From the NCBI GenBank assembly GCA_965208575.1, contig CBDBOV010000006.1:512001-576000 (forward strand): a DNA stretch of 64,000 nucleotides, read 5' to 3'. The stretch is from Spirochaetia bacterium (GTDB lineage: Bacteria; Spirochaetota; Spirochaetia; SZUA-6; Bin103). Position numbers and translations under genes: made by a program. Below the pieces are notes generated by a model. That model worked only from the letters and a program-made list of their open reading frames with translations. It was not told the DNA's origin and searched no databases. Positions 28,647 through 38,881 of the stretch are shown one piece after another; the stretch's first letter is position 1; each line of letters starts with the position of its first letter.

Positions 28647-28654
28647 AACGCTCG

Positions 28655-28945
28655 TTGGCGATCCAGAGCTTCTCTGATTCAGCGACAGAACAGTTCTTCA
28701 TCGGCGGGCAGTTAGGCAAGGCCGTCGGATGGAGAGTCGTTGCCGGTGTGGCTCGGCGAAAGTTGGACATGCTCCACTATGCAGCCGCCATAGGTGACTT
28801 GCGATCGCCGCCGGGTAACCGGCTTGAGGCCCTGAAGGGCGACTACGCCGGCTATCACAGCTTGCGCATCAATGATCGCTGGCGAGTTGTCTTTCAGTGG
28901 GGTAAGGCGGGTCCGACAGATGTCCGCATTGTCGATTACCACTAG
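28655..28945 (+). CDS. higB: HigB-like (RelE/ParE family) toxin
   Basis: ARRKLDML...DLRSPPGNRLEALKGD...SLRINDRWRVVF...IVDYH. Confidence 0.92.
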   Translation: MAIQSFSDSATEQFFIGGQLGKAVGWRVVAGVARRKLDMLHYAAAIGDLRSPPGNRLEALKGDYAGYHSLRINDRWRVVFQWGKAGPTDVRIVDYH

Positions 28946-28961
28946 CGGTGACGGAGGGAAC

Positions 28962-29252
28962 ATGTTCACACTCGATCGAGAACCGACGGGTCCGGGAGAG
29001 ATCCTCTCGGAGGAGTTTCTCAAACCGATGAACATTACGCAGAGGCAACTCGCCGAACACATGGGTTGCGACGTGAAGGTGATCAATCGGATCGTCAATG
29101 GACGTACGGCAATCAGGGCGGAACTGGCCATCAGATTGGCGAGCGCACTCAATACGTCGCCGGAGTTCTGGCTGAACGCTCAGCAAGCGGTCGACGTCCA
29201 TAGCGCACGACGCAAGATCCGGGATCTGCCGGAAGCGATACTCATGAGTTGA
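28962..29252 (+). CDS. higA: HigA antitoxin
   Basis: PGEILSEEFLKP...TSPEFWLNAQ. Confidence 0.92.
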   Translation: MFTLDREPTGPGEILSEEFLKPMNITQRQLAEHMGCDVKVINRIVNGRTAIRAELAIRLASALNTSPEFWLNAQQAVDVHSARRKIRDLPEAILMS

Positions 29253-29366
29253 CCGGTTCAGTCAACTCCCAAGCAGTGGCGGCGACCGTGATTGTCGGGT
29301 ACAGTCTGCGCATGGTCGCTAACGTCGCCAGAGACGCACTCTTTCCGTGGCCGTGGGGCAGAAGCC

Positions 29367-32108
29367 ATGCCGGCTGACGGCGCACCGCCGCTGGCGGGGG
29401 TGCGGGTGGTCGATTTCGGCCACTACATCGCGGGGCCGCTGGCCGGCATGCTGCTCGCCGACCAGGGCGCCGAGGTCATCAAGGTCGACCGCCCCGGCAC
29501 CCGGAGCGCCGGCACCGGCGACCCCGCGGATGCGATGTACAACCGCGGCAAGACGCGGCTGGAGCTGGACCTGAAGAGCGAGGCCGGCCTGGACGCCGCC
29601 CGGCGCCTGGTCGCCGCCGCCGACGTGGTGATCGAGAACTTCCGTCCCGGGGTGATGGACCGGCTCGGGCTCGGCGCGCACGTGGTTACCGAGCGGCACC
29701 CGCGGCTGATCTACCTGTCGCTGCCGGGATTCGCGTCGACCGACCAGGGCAAGGCCAACATCCGCGCATTCGAAGGGGTCTTGAACGCGGCCTGCGGGCT
29801 GTTCACCGACCTCGACTCGACCGGCCGTCTGGTTGGCGCGCCACCGGTGTACACGCCGATCCCGCTGGCCTCCACCTACGGGGCCATTCACGGCGCGCTG
29901 GCGGTCACCCTCGCCCTGTTCGCACGCGCGGAGAGCGGACGCGGAGAAGTGATCGAGGTGCCGCTCTTGAGCGCGGCGCTGGCCGCCACCGGCATCCTGC
30001 TGTACCGGGTGGCGAAGCAGCCGGTCCGCTACGGCATGCCGATCATGCCGCGCTTCACGGAGCGCTTCCTGGTGCCGCTGCTGCGCGCCTACGTGCGCCT
30101 GACCGGCGGCCCCGGCTGGCGCGCCATCCTGCGCCGGCTGGGGCGCATGCACCCCGGCCCGAACGACAGCTACCGCACCAGCGACGGCGGCTGGGTGTAC
30201 CTGCTCGCCGGCGGCAACTCCAACCACAGCCAGTTCTTCCTGAAGGCAGTGGGCCTCTATGACGAGCTGATCGAGGCCGGCATGGTGGATCGCTACCCGT
30301 ACGACAACCTGGAACTGACCAACAACGTCCAGGAGTGGACGATGCTGAGCAAGTCGTGGAAGCGGCGCATCCGCAAGCGGCTGGCCAGGCTGTTCGCCGA
30401 GCAGCCGGTCGCGCACTGGGCGGAGCTGCTGGACGGCAAGGTACCGTTTTCGCCGCAGCTCACCGCCGACGAGTGGCTGCACGCCCCGGAGACGTTGGCC
30501 GGCGGCCTCACGGTCGACGTCGACGATCCGCGCCACGGCACGATGCGGCAGTTGGGGGTGCAGGTTTCGCTGGCCGGGACGGCGGACCGGTGGTTCGACC
30601 CTCGCGCCGCCGCCGACGGCGACCCGGAGGCGGTGCTGGGCGAGTGGGCGCAGCCGCCGCCTGACGCCGCCGCGGGGGCCGGGGAGCCGTCCGTGGAGGT
30701 GCCGGGCGCGGTTGTTGCCGCGGACGCGGAAGGCGCCGGGGACGCGGGGCGCGCGGCGGCGGCGGCCGGCGAGCCGTCCGTCGTGGCGGCGGACACGGAA
30801 AGCGGCGGGCACGCGGAGCGCGCGGCGGCTACCGCGAATCCGGTCGCCGGGGCCGGCGCACCGCACGGTCCCCTGCCGCCGGGCTCGGCGCCGCAAATCC
30901 TGCAAGGCGTGCGGGTGCTGGACCTGTCCAACGTGCTGGCCGGCCCGTGCAGCGCGCGCACGCTGGCCGAGTACGGCGCCGACGTGATCAAGATCGACCC
31001 GCCCACCACCTACCTCGGCCCGCTACGCTTCTCCTGGTTCCCGATCGAAGTGAGCCAGGGCAAGCGTTCGATGGTGCTGGACCTCAAGACCGAGGAGGGG
31101 CGGTCGGTGTTCTGGGATCTGCTGAAGACCGCCGACGTGGTGGTGCACAACTTCCGGCTCGGGGTGGCGGAGCGGCTCGGCATCGACTACGAGAGCGTCA
31201 AGCGGCGCAAGCCGGACATTGTCTACCTGAGTTTCACCGCCTACAACGGACCGCGCCCGGGCCCGTGGTCGGCGTGGACCTCGTTCGATCCGGCGGTGCA
31301 GGGGGCGACCGGGATCATGCGCCGCTACGGCGGCGACGGCAAGCCGGTGCTGCACGGCTGGGGCTCGTGCATCGACTACATGGCCGGCTATTCCGCCGCC
31401 TACGGGCTGGCGCTGGCCCTGTACAAGCGCAGGACCGGTCGCGGCGGCGAGCGGGTGTCAGCCTCCCTGGCGCAGGCGGCGCAACTGGTGCAGGCGCCGT
31501 TCATGGTGGCCAGCGAGTCGCACCGCCCGGGCGGCGAGCCGCACGGCCAGCGCGCCCGCGGCGAGCACGCGCTGGCGCGCCTGTACCGGGCGCGCGACGG
31601 CTGGCTGTTCGTGCAGGGGCTGCCGTCGGACCTGGCTCGGGTGGCCGCCATCGACGAGCTGGCCGGTTTCCCGCACGGCGAAGCGGGCGACGCTGTGCGC
31701 GTCCGGTTCCTGGAACGGGCGATCCGGCGGCGGAAGGTGGCGTTCTGGACCGTGGCGTTCAACCAGGCCGGCCTCGGCTGCCACCGCGTCGACGCGATCG
31801 AGGACATCCGCCGCGAGTACGTGCACGAGATGACCGCCGGCAACCTGACGCGCCACTGGGACGACGGGCGCTCCATCTCGGCGGTCAGGATCGCCGACCA
31901 CCCCGCCGGCAGCCCGGTGGACGTGGTGGCGCCCGCCTACGCCCGCTTTCGCAACACGTCGCTGCGGCTGGGCCGCCCGATGCCGTACATGGGCAGCGAC
32001 AGCCGCGCCATTCTGCGCGACGCCGGCTACCCGGAGACGCGCATCGACGAGCTGTTGGCTGGCGGCGCGGTCAAACAGCGCTTCCACCGCGACTACCTGC
32101 CCGGCTGA
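29367..32108 (+). CDS. Tandem two-domain CaiB/BaiF family III CoA-transferase
   Basis: Two GVRV(V/L)D...AGP...GA(E/D)VIK...NFR modules joined by an Ala/Gly/Pro linker. Confidence 0.9.
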   Translation: MPADGAPPLAGVRVVDFGHYIAGPLAGMLLADQGAEVIKVDRPGTRSAGTGDPADAMYNRGKTRLELDLKSEAGLDAARRLVAAADVVIENFRPGVMDRLGLGAHVVTERHPRLIYLSLPGFASTDQGKANIRAFEGVLNAACGLFTDLDSTGRLVGAPPVYTPIPLASTYGAIHGALAVTLALFARAESGRGEVIEVPLLSAALAATGILLYRVAKQPVRYGMPIMPRFTERFLVPLLRAYVRLTGGPGWRAILRRLGRMHPGPNDSYRTSDGGWVYLLAGGNSNHSQFFLKAVGLYDELIEAGMVDRYPYDNLELTNNVQEWTMLSKSWKRRIRKRLARLFAEQPVAHWAELLDGKVPFSPQLTADEWLHAPETLAGGLTVDVDDPRHGTMRQLGVQVSLAGTADRWFDPRAAADGDPEAVLGEWAQPPPDAAAGAGEPSVEVPGAVVAADAEGAGDAGRAAAAAGEPSVVAADTESGGHAERAAATANPVAGAGAPHGPLPPGSAPQILQGVRVLDLSNVLAGPCSARTLAEYGADVIKIDPPTTYLGPLRFSWFPIEVSQGKRSMVLDLKTEEGRSVFWDLLKTADVVVHNFRLGVAERLGIDYESVKRRKPDIVYLSFTAYNGPRPGPWSAWTSFDPAVQGATGIMRRYGGDGKPVLHGWGSCIDYMAGYSAAYGLALALYKRRTGRGGERVSASLAQAAQLVQAPFMVASESHRPGGEPHGQRARGEHALARLYRARDGWLFVQGLPSDLARVAAIDELAGFPHGEAGDAVRVRFLERAIRRRKVAFWTVAFNQAGLGCHRVDAIEDIRREYVHEMTAGNLTRHWDDGRSISAVRIADHPAGSPVDVVAPAYARFRNTSLRLGRPMPYMGSDSRAILRDAGYPETRIDELLAGGAVKQRFHRDYLPG

Positions 32109-32330
32109 CGCGCCCGCGGCTCCAGCGCCCCGAAACCGCCGTCTGGCGGCACCGCTCTTGGCCCATCCCGTCCGTCGGTGTCGCGCAAGTCCTCTCCGAC
32201 GCGCGGCGCGCCGTGGCGCAGTCCCGCCACCCGACGAGGGGGCCGTGGGACTGCGCCGTCGGGCGCGACCAGCCAGACGACAGCGGGTGGGCGCTCGTTC
32301 AGAACGCCGCACCCGTGCGGGAGCCGCGTG

Positions 32331-33275
32331 TCAGTCGAAGGCGGCGACGATCTCCTGTTCGATGCGCTGGATCTCCTCGACGTTGCCGGTCGGGATGTTG
32401 CCGAACATGATCTCGTCGACCCCTTCGTCGATCAGCACGCCGATCCGGTCCACCACCTGCTGGCGGCTGCCGACCATGGTGCCCTCGCCCAGTGACCTGG
32501 TCAGCGCAGCGCCGGCCTCCTGCGCCGCCGCGTCGTCGCCTACCACGATCGGCATCAGGATGGTGCGCCGGATCTCGGCCGGGTCGCGCCCGACGCGCTC
32601 GCAATGGCGCTCCAGCACCGACACCTTGTGGCGGAACATATCCAGCGACACGCCCTGCCCGGCCCAGCCGTCCAGATTGAGCATGTCACCGTACTTGGCC
32701 AGGGTGCGCAGGGTGCGCCGCTCACCGGTGCCGCCCACCAGGATCGGAATGTGCGGCTTCTGATAGCAGCCCGGTGACATCTGCAACTGGTCGGCCCAGT
32801 AGTAGCGGCCGCGGAAGTCGATCGGACCCTCGGTGGTGAACAGCGTGCGGATCAGCTTGCACGCCTCCTCGAAGCGGTCCGAGCGCTCGCGCATGGTCGG
32901 AAACTTCCAGCCGAAGCCGTAGTGCTCGCGCTCGCACCAGGCGGCACCCAGGGAGAGGGTGAACCGCCCCTTGGATGCCTGGTCGAGCGAGGTGGCCATC
33001 TTGGCCAGCAGCGCCGGGTTGCGATAGGTATTGCCCAGCACCAGGTGTCCGAGCCGCAGCTTGCTGGTCATGCCGGCGGCGACCGCGGCCATCGTGTAGC
33101 CCTCGAACGCCGGCCGATGCTCGCTTGAGCGCTGGCCCTTTGGCCCGCCCCACGGCGGGAAGAAGTGGTCGGCGAACCAGAGGCTGTGCCACGGCCCCGC
33201 CTCCATGGCGTTGATCGAGCGCGCAATCTCGTCCCAGGTGACCCCGTAAACGTTGACCTGGATTCCGAACTTCAT
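32331..33275 (-). CDS. LLM-class flavin/F420-dependent oxidoreductase
   Basis: LWFADHF, YRNPALLAKMATSLD, PILVGGTGE. Confidence 0.9.
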   Translation of the reverse strand: MKFGIQVNVYGVTWDEIARSINAMEAGPWHSLWFADHFFPPWGGPKGQRSSEHRPAFEGYTMAAVAAGMTSKLRLGHLVLGNTYRNPALLAKMATSLDQASKGRFTLSLGAAWCEREHYGFGWKFPTMRERSDRFEEACKLIRTLFTTEGPIDFRGRYYWADQLQMSPGCYQKPHIPILVGGTGERRTLRTLAKYGDMLNLDGWAGQGVSLDMFRHKVSVLERHCERVGRDPAEIRRTILMPIVVGDDAAAQEAGAALTRSLGEGTMVGSRQQVVDRIGVLIDEGVDEIMFGNIPTGNVEEIQRIEQEIVAAFD

Positions 33276-33333
33276 GTGGTACTCCTCGTCGGGCCGGCTG
33301 CCCGCCTCACCGTTTCACGGACGGGACGGACGG

Positions 33334-33819
33334 TCAACCCTTGCCGGCTCCGCCGGGCGCCGCCGGCTTTGCGCCGGTGACGCCGCGCAGCACGACCATC
33401 TTGCGCTCCACGCTGACCGGGTAGGTTTCCACGGCCACGTCCGGCCCGCAATCGGCGGGCTCCACGGCCACCGGGTAGGAGCGCACGCGCACGGCGTGCG
33501 GGTTGAAGATGCTGCGCCCCGTGGTCACGTCGAACTCCCAGCCGTGCCACGGGCAGCGCAGGATCTCGCCCTCCCGGCCGTAGCGGAAGGTGCCCGGCGG
33601 CGCCGGCAGCGTGGTGCCGGTCAGCGGCCCCTCGCACAGCGGGGCGCCCTGGTGCGGACACACGTTGCGTAGCGCGTAGTAACGCCCGCCGACGTTGAAC
33701 ACGCCGATCGAGCGCGACCCGACCGTGACGATGCGCCGCACGCCGGGCGGCAGCTCGTCCACCGCGCACACCACGAATCCGTCGTTTCGCCGGTCGGCGT
33801 CCGCGCCGTCTCGATGCAT
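33334..33819 (-). CDS. Rieske [2Fe-2S] ferredoxin
   Basis: CPHQGAPL...CPWHGWEFD. Confidence 0.9.
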   Translation of the reverse strand: MHRDGADADRRNDGFVVCAVDELPPGVRRIVTVGSRSIGVFNVGGRYYALRNVCPHQGAPLCEGPLTGTTLPAPPGTFRYGREGEILRCPWHGWEFDVTTGRSIFNPHAVRVRSYPVAVEPADCGPDVAVETYPVSVERKMVVLRGVTGAKPAAPGGAGKG

Positions 33820-34002
33820 GCGGCCACCTCCTGCTTGCGCCACCCCGAGCTATACCGGGGCGGCGCCGGTATGATAGGCACGGAGACGCCGATGCCCAAC
33901 CTGGTGTTGATCGTGGCCGACCGGGCGCGCATGATCCGCCTGCCGGGCGCGGCCCACGCCGGCGCGACCGGACGACTTGGCCGACGACCCGGAGGACGGC
34001 AA

Positions 34003-35085
34003 GTGGCTCATCATGTGAATCACCCGATCATCGACTGCGACGTGCACGTTTACCCGCGCGACCCCGACGAGTTGCGCAAGTACCTCCCGCTGCCGTGGAA
34101 GCACTGGTACCGCGGCGAGTCGCGGCCCTTCTACCAGTCCATGCCGCCGCTGCACGGCTCGCGGCAGGACGCGTTTCCGCCCGGCGGCGGGCGCCCCGGC
34201 ACCGACCCCGACACCCTGCGCCGCCAGTTGATCGACGAATACGGCATCCGGCACGCCATCCTGCTGCCGCGCGTGTTCGCCAACATGTACCCCGACCCCG
34301 ACTACGCCACCGCGCTGTCGCGCGCATTCAACGACTGGCTGGCCGACACCTGGCTGTCCGCCTACAACGCCGACGGCTGCTTCCGCGGCTCCATCAACGT
34401 GGCGCAGCAGGACCCGCAGGCGGCGGCCGCGGAGATCGAGCGCATCGGCGGCCACGAGCACATGGTGCAGGTGATGGTCGACTCCGGGGCACGCGCCCCG
34501 CTCGGCCAGCGCCAGTATCACCCGATCTACGAGCAGTGCGAGAAGCAGGGCCTGCCGTTCGCCATCCACCCCGGCACCGACGGCGCCGGCATCAACGCGG
34601 CGCCCACGCCCGGCTACCCCACCCACCTGGTGGAGTGGCATACCCTGCTGTCGCTCGGCTTCCAGGCGCACCTGGTCAGCTTCATCACCGAGGGCGTGTT
34701 CGAGCGCTACCCCCGCTTCATGGTGGTGCTCGCGGAGGGCGGCGTGGCGTGGCTGGCGCCGCTGATCTGGCGCCTCACCGACCACTGGCGCTCGATGCGC
34801 GCCGAGGTGCCGTGGATGGACAAGCCGCCGCTGCACTACCTGCACCGCAACGTGCGCCTCACCACCCAGCCGATGGAGAATCCCGACGACCCGGCCCACC
34901 TGGCCGCCCTGCTGCGCAGCATCGACGCGGACCAGGTGCTGATGTACTCCAGCGACTACCCCCACTTCGACTTCGACTCGCCCACCGTGATCGCCCGCCA
35001 CCTCCCCGCCGACATGCACGACGCCGTATTCCACGCCAACGCCGCCCGCCTCTACCGCCTCCCCCTCCCCGCTTCTACCGCCTGA
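34003..35085 (+). CDS. Amidohydrolase_2 family protein
   Basis: IIDCDVH, FAIHP, EGVFERYP, SSDYPHFD; GGAGG at ~33991. Confidence 0.9.
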   Translation: MAHHVNHPIIDCDVHVYPRDPDELRKYLPLPWKHWYRGESRPFYQSMPPLHGSRQDAFPPGGGRPGTDPDTLRRQLIDEYGIRHAILLPRVFANMYPDPDYATALSRAFNDWLADTWLSAYNADGCFRGSINVAQQDPQAAAAEIERIGGHEHMVQVMVDSGARAPLGQRQYHPIYEQCEKQGLPFAIHPGTDGAGINAAPTPGYPTHLVEWHTLLSLGFQAHLVSFITEGVFERYPRFMVVLAEGGVAWLAPLIWRLTDHWRSMRAEVPWMDKPPLHYLHRNVRLTTQPMENPDDPAHLAALLRSIDADQVLMYSSDYPHFDFDSPTVIARHLPADMHDAVFHANAARLYRLPLPASTA

Positions 35086-35172
35086 ACGGGAGGCCGAGAG
35101 GCAGCATGCCGAACCCGAGACGAAAGAGTCAGGCGACGCGCCGGATGCTGCAGATCTGTCCTTTGGCAGCCG

Positions 35173-35340
35173 TCATGACCCGGCACGGCACAGGTCGTTG
35201 CGCCGCAACAGCCGCCGGTGGCTGTCCTGAAGCTGTCCGCTACGATGCGTGGAGTAGATCCTGCCGTGCGGATTGCCTATGAGTTGTCGGTCTCCGAAGT
35301 CCTGGCGTAGGGAAAGGTCGGCATCGAGAATCGCGCACAC
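35173..35340 (-). pseudogene. Probable internally deleted PIN-like partner of the upstream ATPase
   Basis: MCAILDAD joined directly to a C-terminal-like LRQDFGDRQLIGNPHGRIYS; only 55 aa. Confidence 0.4.
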
Positions 35341-35345
35341 CGGCG

Positions 35346-36690
35346 CTACAATCCCAAGGACCTGCGAGTTTCTTCCATGAAGAACCGGCGATAGCTGTTG
35401 GGCGCATCCAGGACGTTGCCCTCGCCGTCGATTCGCAGGGTATGGATCCGCACGTCCAGCCGGTTGCGTTCGAAGAACAGAATGGACACGTCGTCCGGTT
35501 GTAGCGTCGTCTTCCGGTCGCGGACATCCATCCGCACGCGATCGAGCAGATGGTCGCTGTGGGTCTCCACCACCAACTGGCGATATTGCTTCGCGCTCTG
35601 GCAGAAAGAGCTGCCGAGTGCCGCTTGGGCGCTCGGATGGAGATGGACCTCCGGTTGCTGCAATAGCAGCGTTGGAGCGGTCTTCATGCCCCAGTTGCGA
35701 AGGATCTCGAATATGACCGGTAGCGCTTGGCTGACACCGTAGCCGACATCGATCAGGTTCCGCCATGGTCCCTTCAGCTTGCCGCTGTACTTACGTACGT
35801 GTACTTGAAACGGCTCGCTCTCCCTCCGGCCAAGCTGCTTGATGGAGACCTCGTCGAACAGCCCGGACGACTGTCCGAAGCTCTCCAGCATGGCCTTGAG
35901 CCGCTCCCACTCCTTTCGGTCCCGGAAGTAGGCGTCGGCAAGGTACATGGGGATGTAGTCCCCCTCCGCATCAACGCTGGGACGCGCCGGATCGTACGTC
36001 CGGCGAGGCTTGGAATGGACCGGGGCGCTGGCGAACGGCCGCGACTCCCGGTAGCTGGGCGGCCTGATATGCCAGGATCCGACGAGCTCGTTCAGGCTTT
36101 TTTTCGTCCGCCTCGGTGAACGACGGGGAACCGTTCGGTGGGGACGGTTTGGCGAGAGGTGTCGCTGCCGGGCGCTCGCCAGAGATTGCGAAAGCAATGA
36201 GCGAAGCCGCAAATCTGTCTTCCAGCGAAATCGACGTTCTGCGCTCATCCGGCACGCCGAGATCCCAGGCACCGCGCGAATTGCCAACCCGCAAGGAGAC
36301 CAGTCGATCTTGTCCCCAACACTCTTCAATCCACAGGTCACCGCTCCTGAGCACCTTGCGCACCGGAACCGGCGCCGTCCCATGCCGTCCGAAGGTTGCC
36401 GCGAAGTGGAAGTCGCCGAGGTCGAACTCGGCCTCGAATGTTTCGGCGCCGCCACCGCTCCTGCCCCTCTGGTGGGCGATCTCCTCAAAACTGCCCAGGT
36501 CATAGGGAGCTTCCTTGAAATCCGGCACCCGGTTGCCGACCGCCACGTCCCACAACGCTCGAATCAAGGCCAGGAAGGATGTCTTGCCGGTGCTATTGTC
36601 GCCGACGAGCAGGGTGAGCGGGGCAAGACGCGCGGTCTGGCGCTCGCGAAAGCAACGAAAGTTCCGCACGGTTATCGTTTCGAGTTTCAT
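35346..36690 (-). pseudogene. ABC/SMC-type (AAA_15/21) ATPase split by a frameshift in an A7 run
   Basis: N-half has GDNSTGKT; C-half has GYGVSQ, QQPEVHLHP, VETHSD; removing one A at 36098-36104 joins them. Confidence 0.8.
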
Positions 36691-36926
36691 GGCGGGGTGC
36701 TCGATGACCAGTCCTGGGTGGCCATCACGACGCATCATAGCCGAAGCGGCAGGCTAAGGCGATGAAGCCCGACCTTCCGACCTGACCCGCTCGTGAGTGG
36801 CTGCTTGACCGTTCGTCAGTCGCGGGAAGTTCGTCCAATCGAGTGATAGACTTTCTCGGCTATCTGCTTGCCTGTGGCCATCTCCCCGCATTCGCTGCCC
36901 CGGGTATGATAGGCGCGGAGACGCGG

Positions 36927-37301
36927 ATGCCCAACCTGGTGTTGATCATGTCCGACCAGGCGCGCAAGGACGTGCTGTTCCACGAGCGGTACCCGTTCGC
37001 GCGCACCCCGCACATCGACGCGCTGCGCGCCGAGGCGGTGTCGTTCGGCAACTGCTTCGCCAACTACCCGGTGTGCGTGCCGTCGCGTGCCGCGCTGATC
37101 ACCGGGCGCTACCCGCACCAGTTGGGCGTGCTGCACAACACCCACCGCCTGCCCGCCGGCGAGCAGGACCTGGGCCACCACCTCGCCGCGCACGGCTTCG
37201 ACTGCGTGAGTTTCGGCAAGACGCACGCCACCAACCGCGGCTTCCGGTCGGTCACCTACGACACCGCGGCCACCGCCAGCACCACCATGAAGCGGGGGTA
37301 G
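36927..37301 (+). pseudogene. Sulfatase N-terminal fragment
   Basis: PNLVLIMSDQ, TPHIDAL, CVPSRAALITGRYP; ends after ~124 aa. Confidence 0.85.
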
Positions 37302-37535
37302 CGCTCGAACACGCCCTCGGTGATGAAGCTGAGAGCGGTCCGCGGCCGACGCGGGAGAGGGTGGAGCGCAACCTCGGGGCGGTGTTGGCGGTTACCGGCG
37401 ACGCAACTATCTCCAACTACGGTGTTCCGGCCTTGCGCGCCTGAACACCGCCGTCCGCTGGCCTTGCTGTTTGTGGTCGGCAATTATCGTGGGGAGGGCT
37501 TGAATTGTTGGGCATATGGTGGCCAAGATACGGAC

Positions 37536-37787
37536 ATGATACAGGTCACCACTGCGGAGTTGAAAGCTCGGCTCGGCACGTACCTTGGTATGGTGCGCGC
37601 AGGAGAGACAATCGACATCACTTCCTACCGTCAGAGTGTTGCCAGGCTCGTGCCGTCCATCGATGAGGAGTTGCTCATCGAAGAGCCGACCGAACCGCCC
37701 GAGGCGCTGGCCGGCCTCGGCCGCCTGCCATCCGGACGGTCAATACCGGGAGTAGCCACCCTGCTCGCGGACCGCCGCCGGCGATGA
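37536..37787 (+). CDS. Phd/YefM-family antitoxin
   Basis: VTTAELKARLGTYLGMVRAGETIDITSYRQSVARLVP. Confidence 0.85.
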   Translation: MIQVTTAELKARLGTYLGMVRAGETIDITSYRQSVARLVPSIDEELLIEEPTEPPEALAGLGRLPSGRSIPGVATLLADRRRR

Positions 37788-38248
37788 CCGTCTACCTGGA
37801 CACGTCGGTGGTGCTGAGTTGGCTGCTCAACCAGGATCCGTCGATCGAGGGGTGGGGCAACTGGCAGTCCGCATACACCAGCGAGATATGTCGGGTCGAG
37901 TTTCACCGCACCATCGACCGTCTTCGTCTGGGCGGCGACCTGGACGATACCGAGCGTGTCTTTGTGCATGAGCGGTTCGCAACGCTCTGGAGATCGGTGT
38001 ACCGGGTCCGTGTGTCCCGTGCACTCCTCACCCGGACCAGTCAGCCCTTCCCGACGGTGGCCGGCACGTTGGACGCCATTCACCTGACAAGTGCACTCGC
38101 CGTCCACGGGAGGCGCAACCGCCGGATCGACCAGTTCCTCACCCACGACGGCCAGTTGGCAACGGCCGCCCGCGCAGTGGGGTTTACCGTCCGTGGCGTG
38201 CCGGACGGCGACGGCCCCGCAGCGCAGCGGGTGGCGGGCGATCCATGA
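37784..38248 (+). CDS. PIN-domain (VapC-like) toxin
   Basis: VYLDTSVVL...TLDAIHL...FLTHDGQL; ATGA overlap. Confidence 0.88.
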   Translation: MTVYLDTSVVLSWLLNQDPSIEGWGNWQSAYTSEICRVEFHRTIDRLRLGGDLDDTERVFVHERFATLWRSVYRVRVSRALLTRTSQPFPTVAGTLDAIHLTSALAVHGRRNRRIDQFLTHDGQLATAARAVGFTVRGVPDGDGPAAQRVAGDP

Positions 38249-38410
38249 GCTTGCGGCGACGCCGACAGCCAGTTCGTCACCCAGCAGTGCCTCGGTTAGG
38301 GCCGGGGATCAGTACCGCGCGCACCGGTTCGGCGATCGGTTCGCCGAGCGAGCGGCCCATCAGGGCCAGGTCGCCCTCGTACGGGGACGCCACCAGGGCG
38401 GTGTCGTATA

Positions 38411-38881
38411 ATGTCGGTGTTCTTCGAGGCGGCCGCACCGGCAGCCGGGTTGCCAACGAAGGGGGTTCACCGCGTGCCTGCTGAACTGGAGACGATCATC
38501 GAGGTGCTGGAGTCGGATTGCGATCGGCTCGGGCATCTGAACCACGTGCAGGCGGTCAGGATGCTGGAGCGTGCGCGCGGCCACTGGTACAGCGCCAACG
38601 GCCTGCGCGATGCCGGCCGGAACTACGTCCCGGTGGTGGTCAACATCAACTACGACTATCGCCGCGAGTGCTTTCTCGGCGAGCGCCTGCGCGTCATGAC
38701 GCGGGGCCAGCGGCTGGGGCGCAAGAGCTTCACCCTCGGCCACGAGATCATCAAGCCGGACGGCTCGATTGCGCTCCAGGGAGCGGCCACGAGCGTGATC
38801 ATGGACCTGGACTCGCGGGTGATCGTTCCCGTACCCGAGTGCGTGGCCAGGCACCTGCCGGCGCCGGAGGCGGCGGAGTGA
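38411..38881 (+). CDS. Acyl-CoA thioesterase (4HBT/hotdog fold)
   Basis: DCDRLGHLNH...INYDYRRE. Confidence 0.85.
   Translation: MSVFFEAAAPAAGLPTKGVHRVPAELETIIEVLESDCDRLGHLNHVQAVRMLERARGHWYSANGLRDAGRNYVPVVVNINYDYRRECFLGERLRVMTRGQRLGRKSFTLGHEIIKPDGSIALQGAATSVIMDLDSRVIVPVPECVARHLPAPEAAE

Noticed and set aside
24570-29252. Integron cassette array
   Set aside because: Mixed orientations, no repeated attC-like sites and no integrase seen.
32125-32150. REP-like motif GCGCCCCGAAA.CGCCG shared with ~53070-53095
   Set aside because: Only two short GC-rich matches, too weak to call a repeat family.
36097-36104. Programmed -1 frameshift at A AAA AAG
   Set aside because: A -1 shift meets TGA after one more codon; joining the two halves needs +1.
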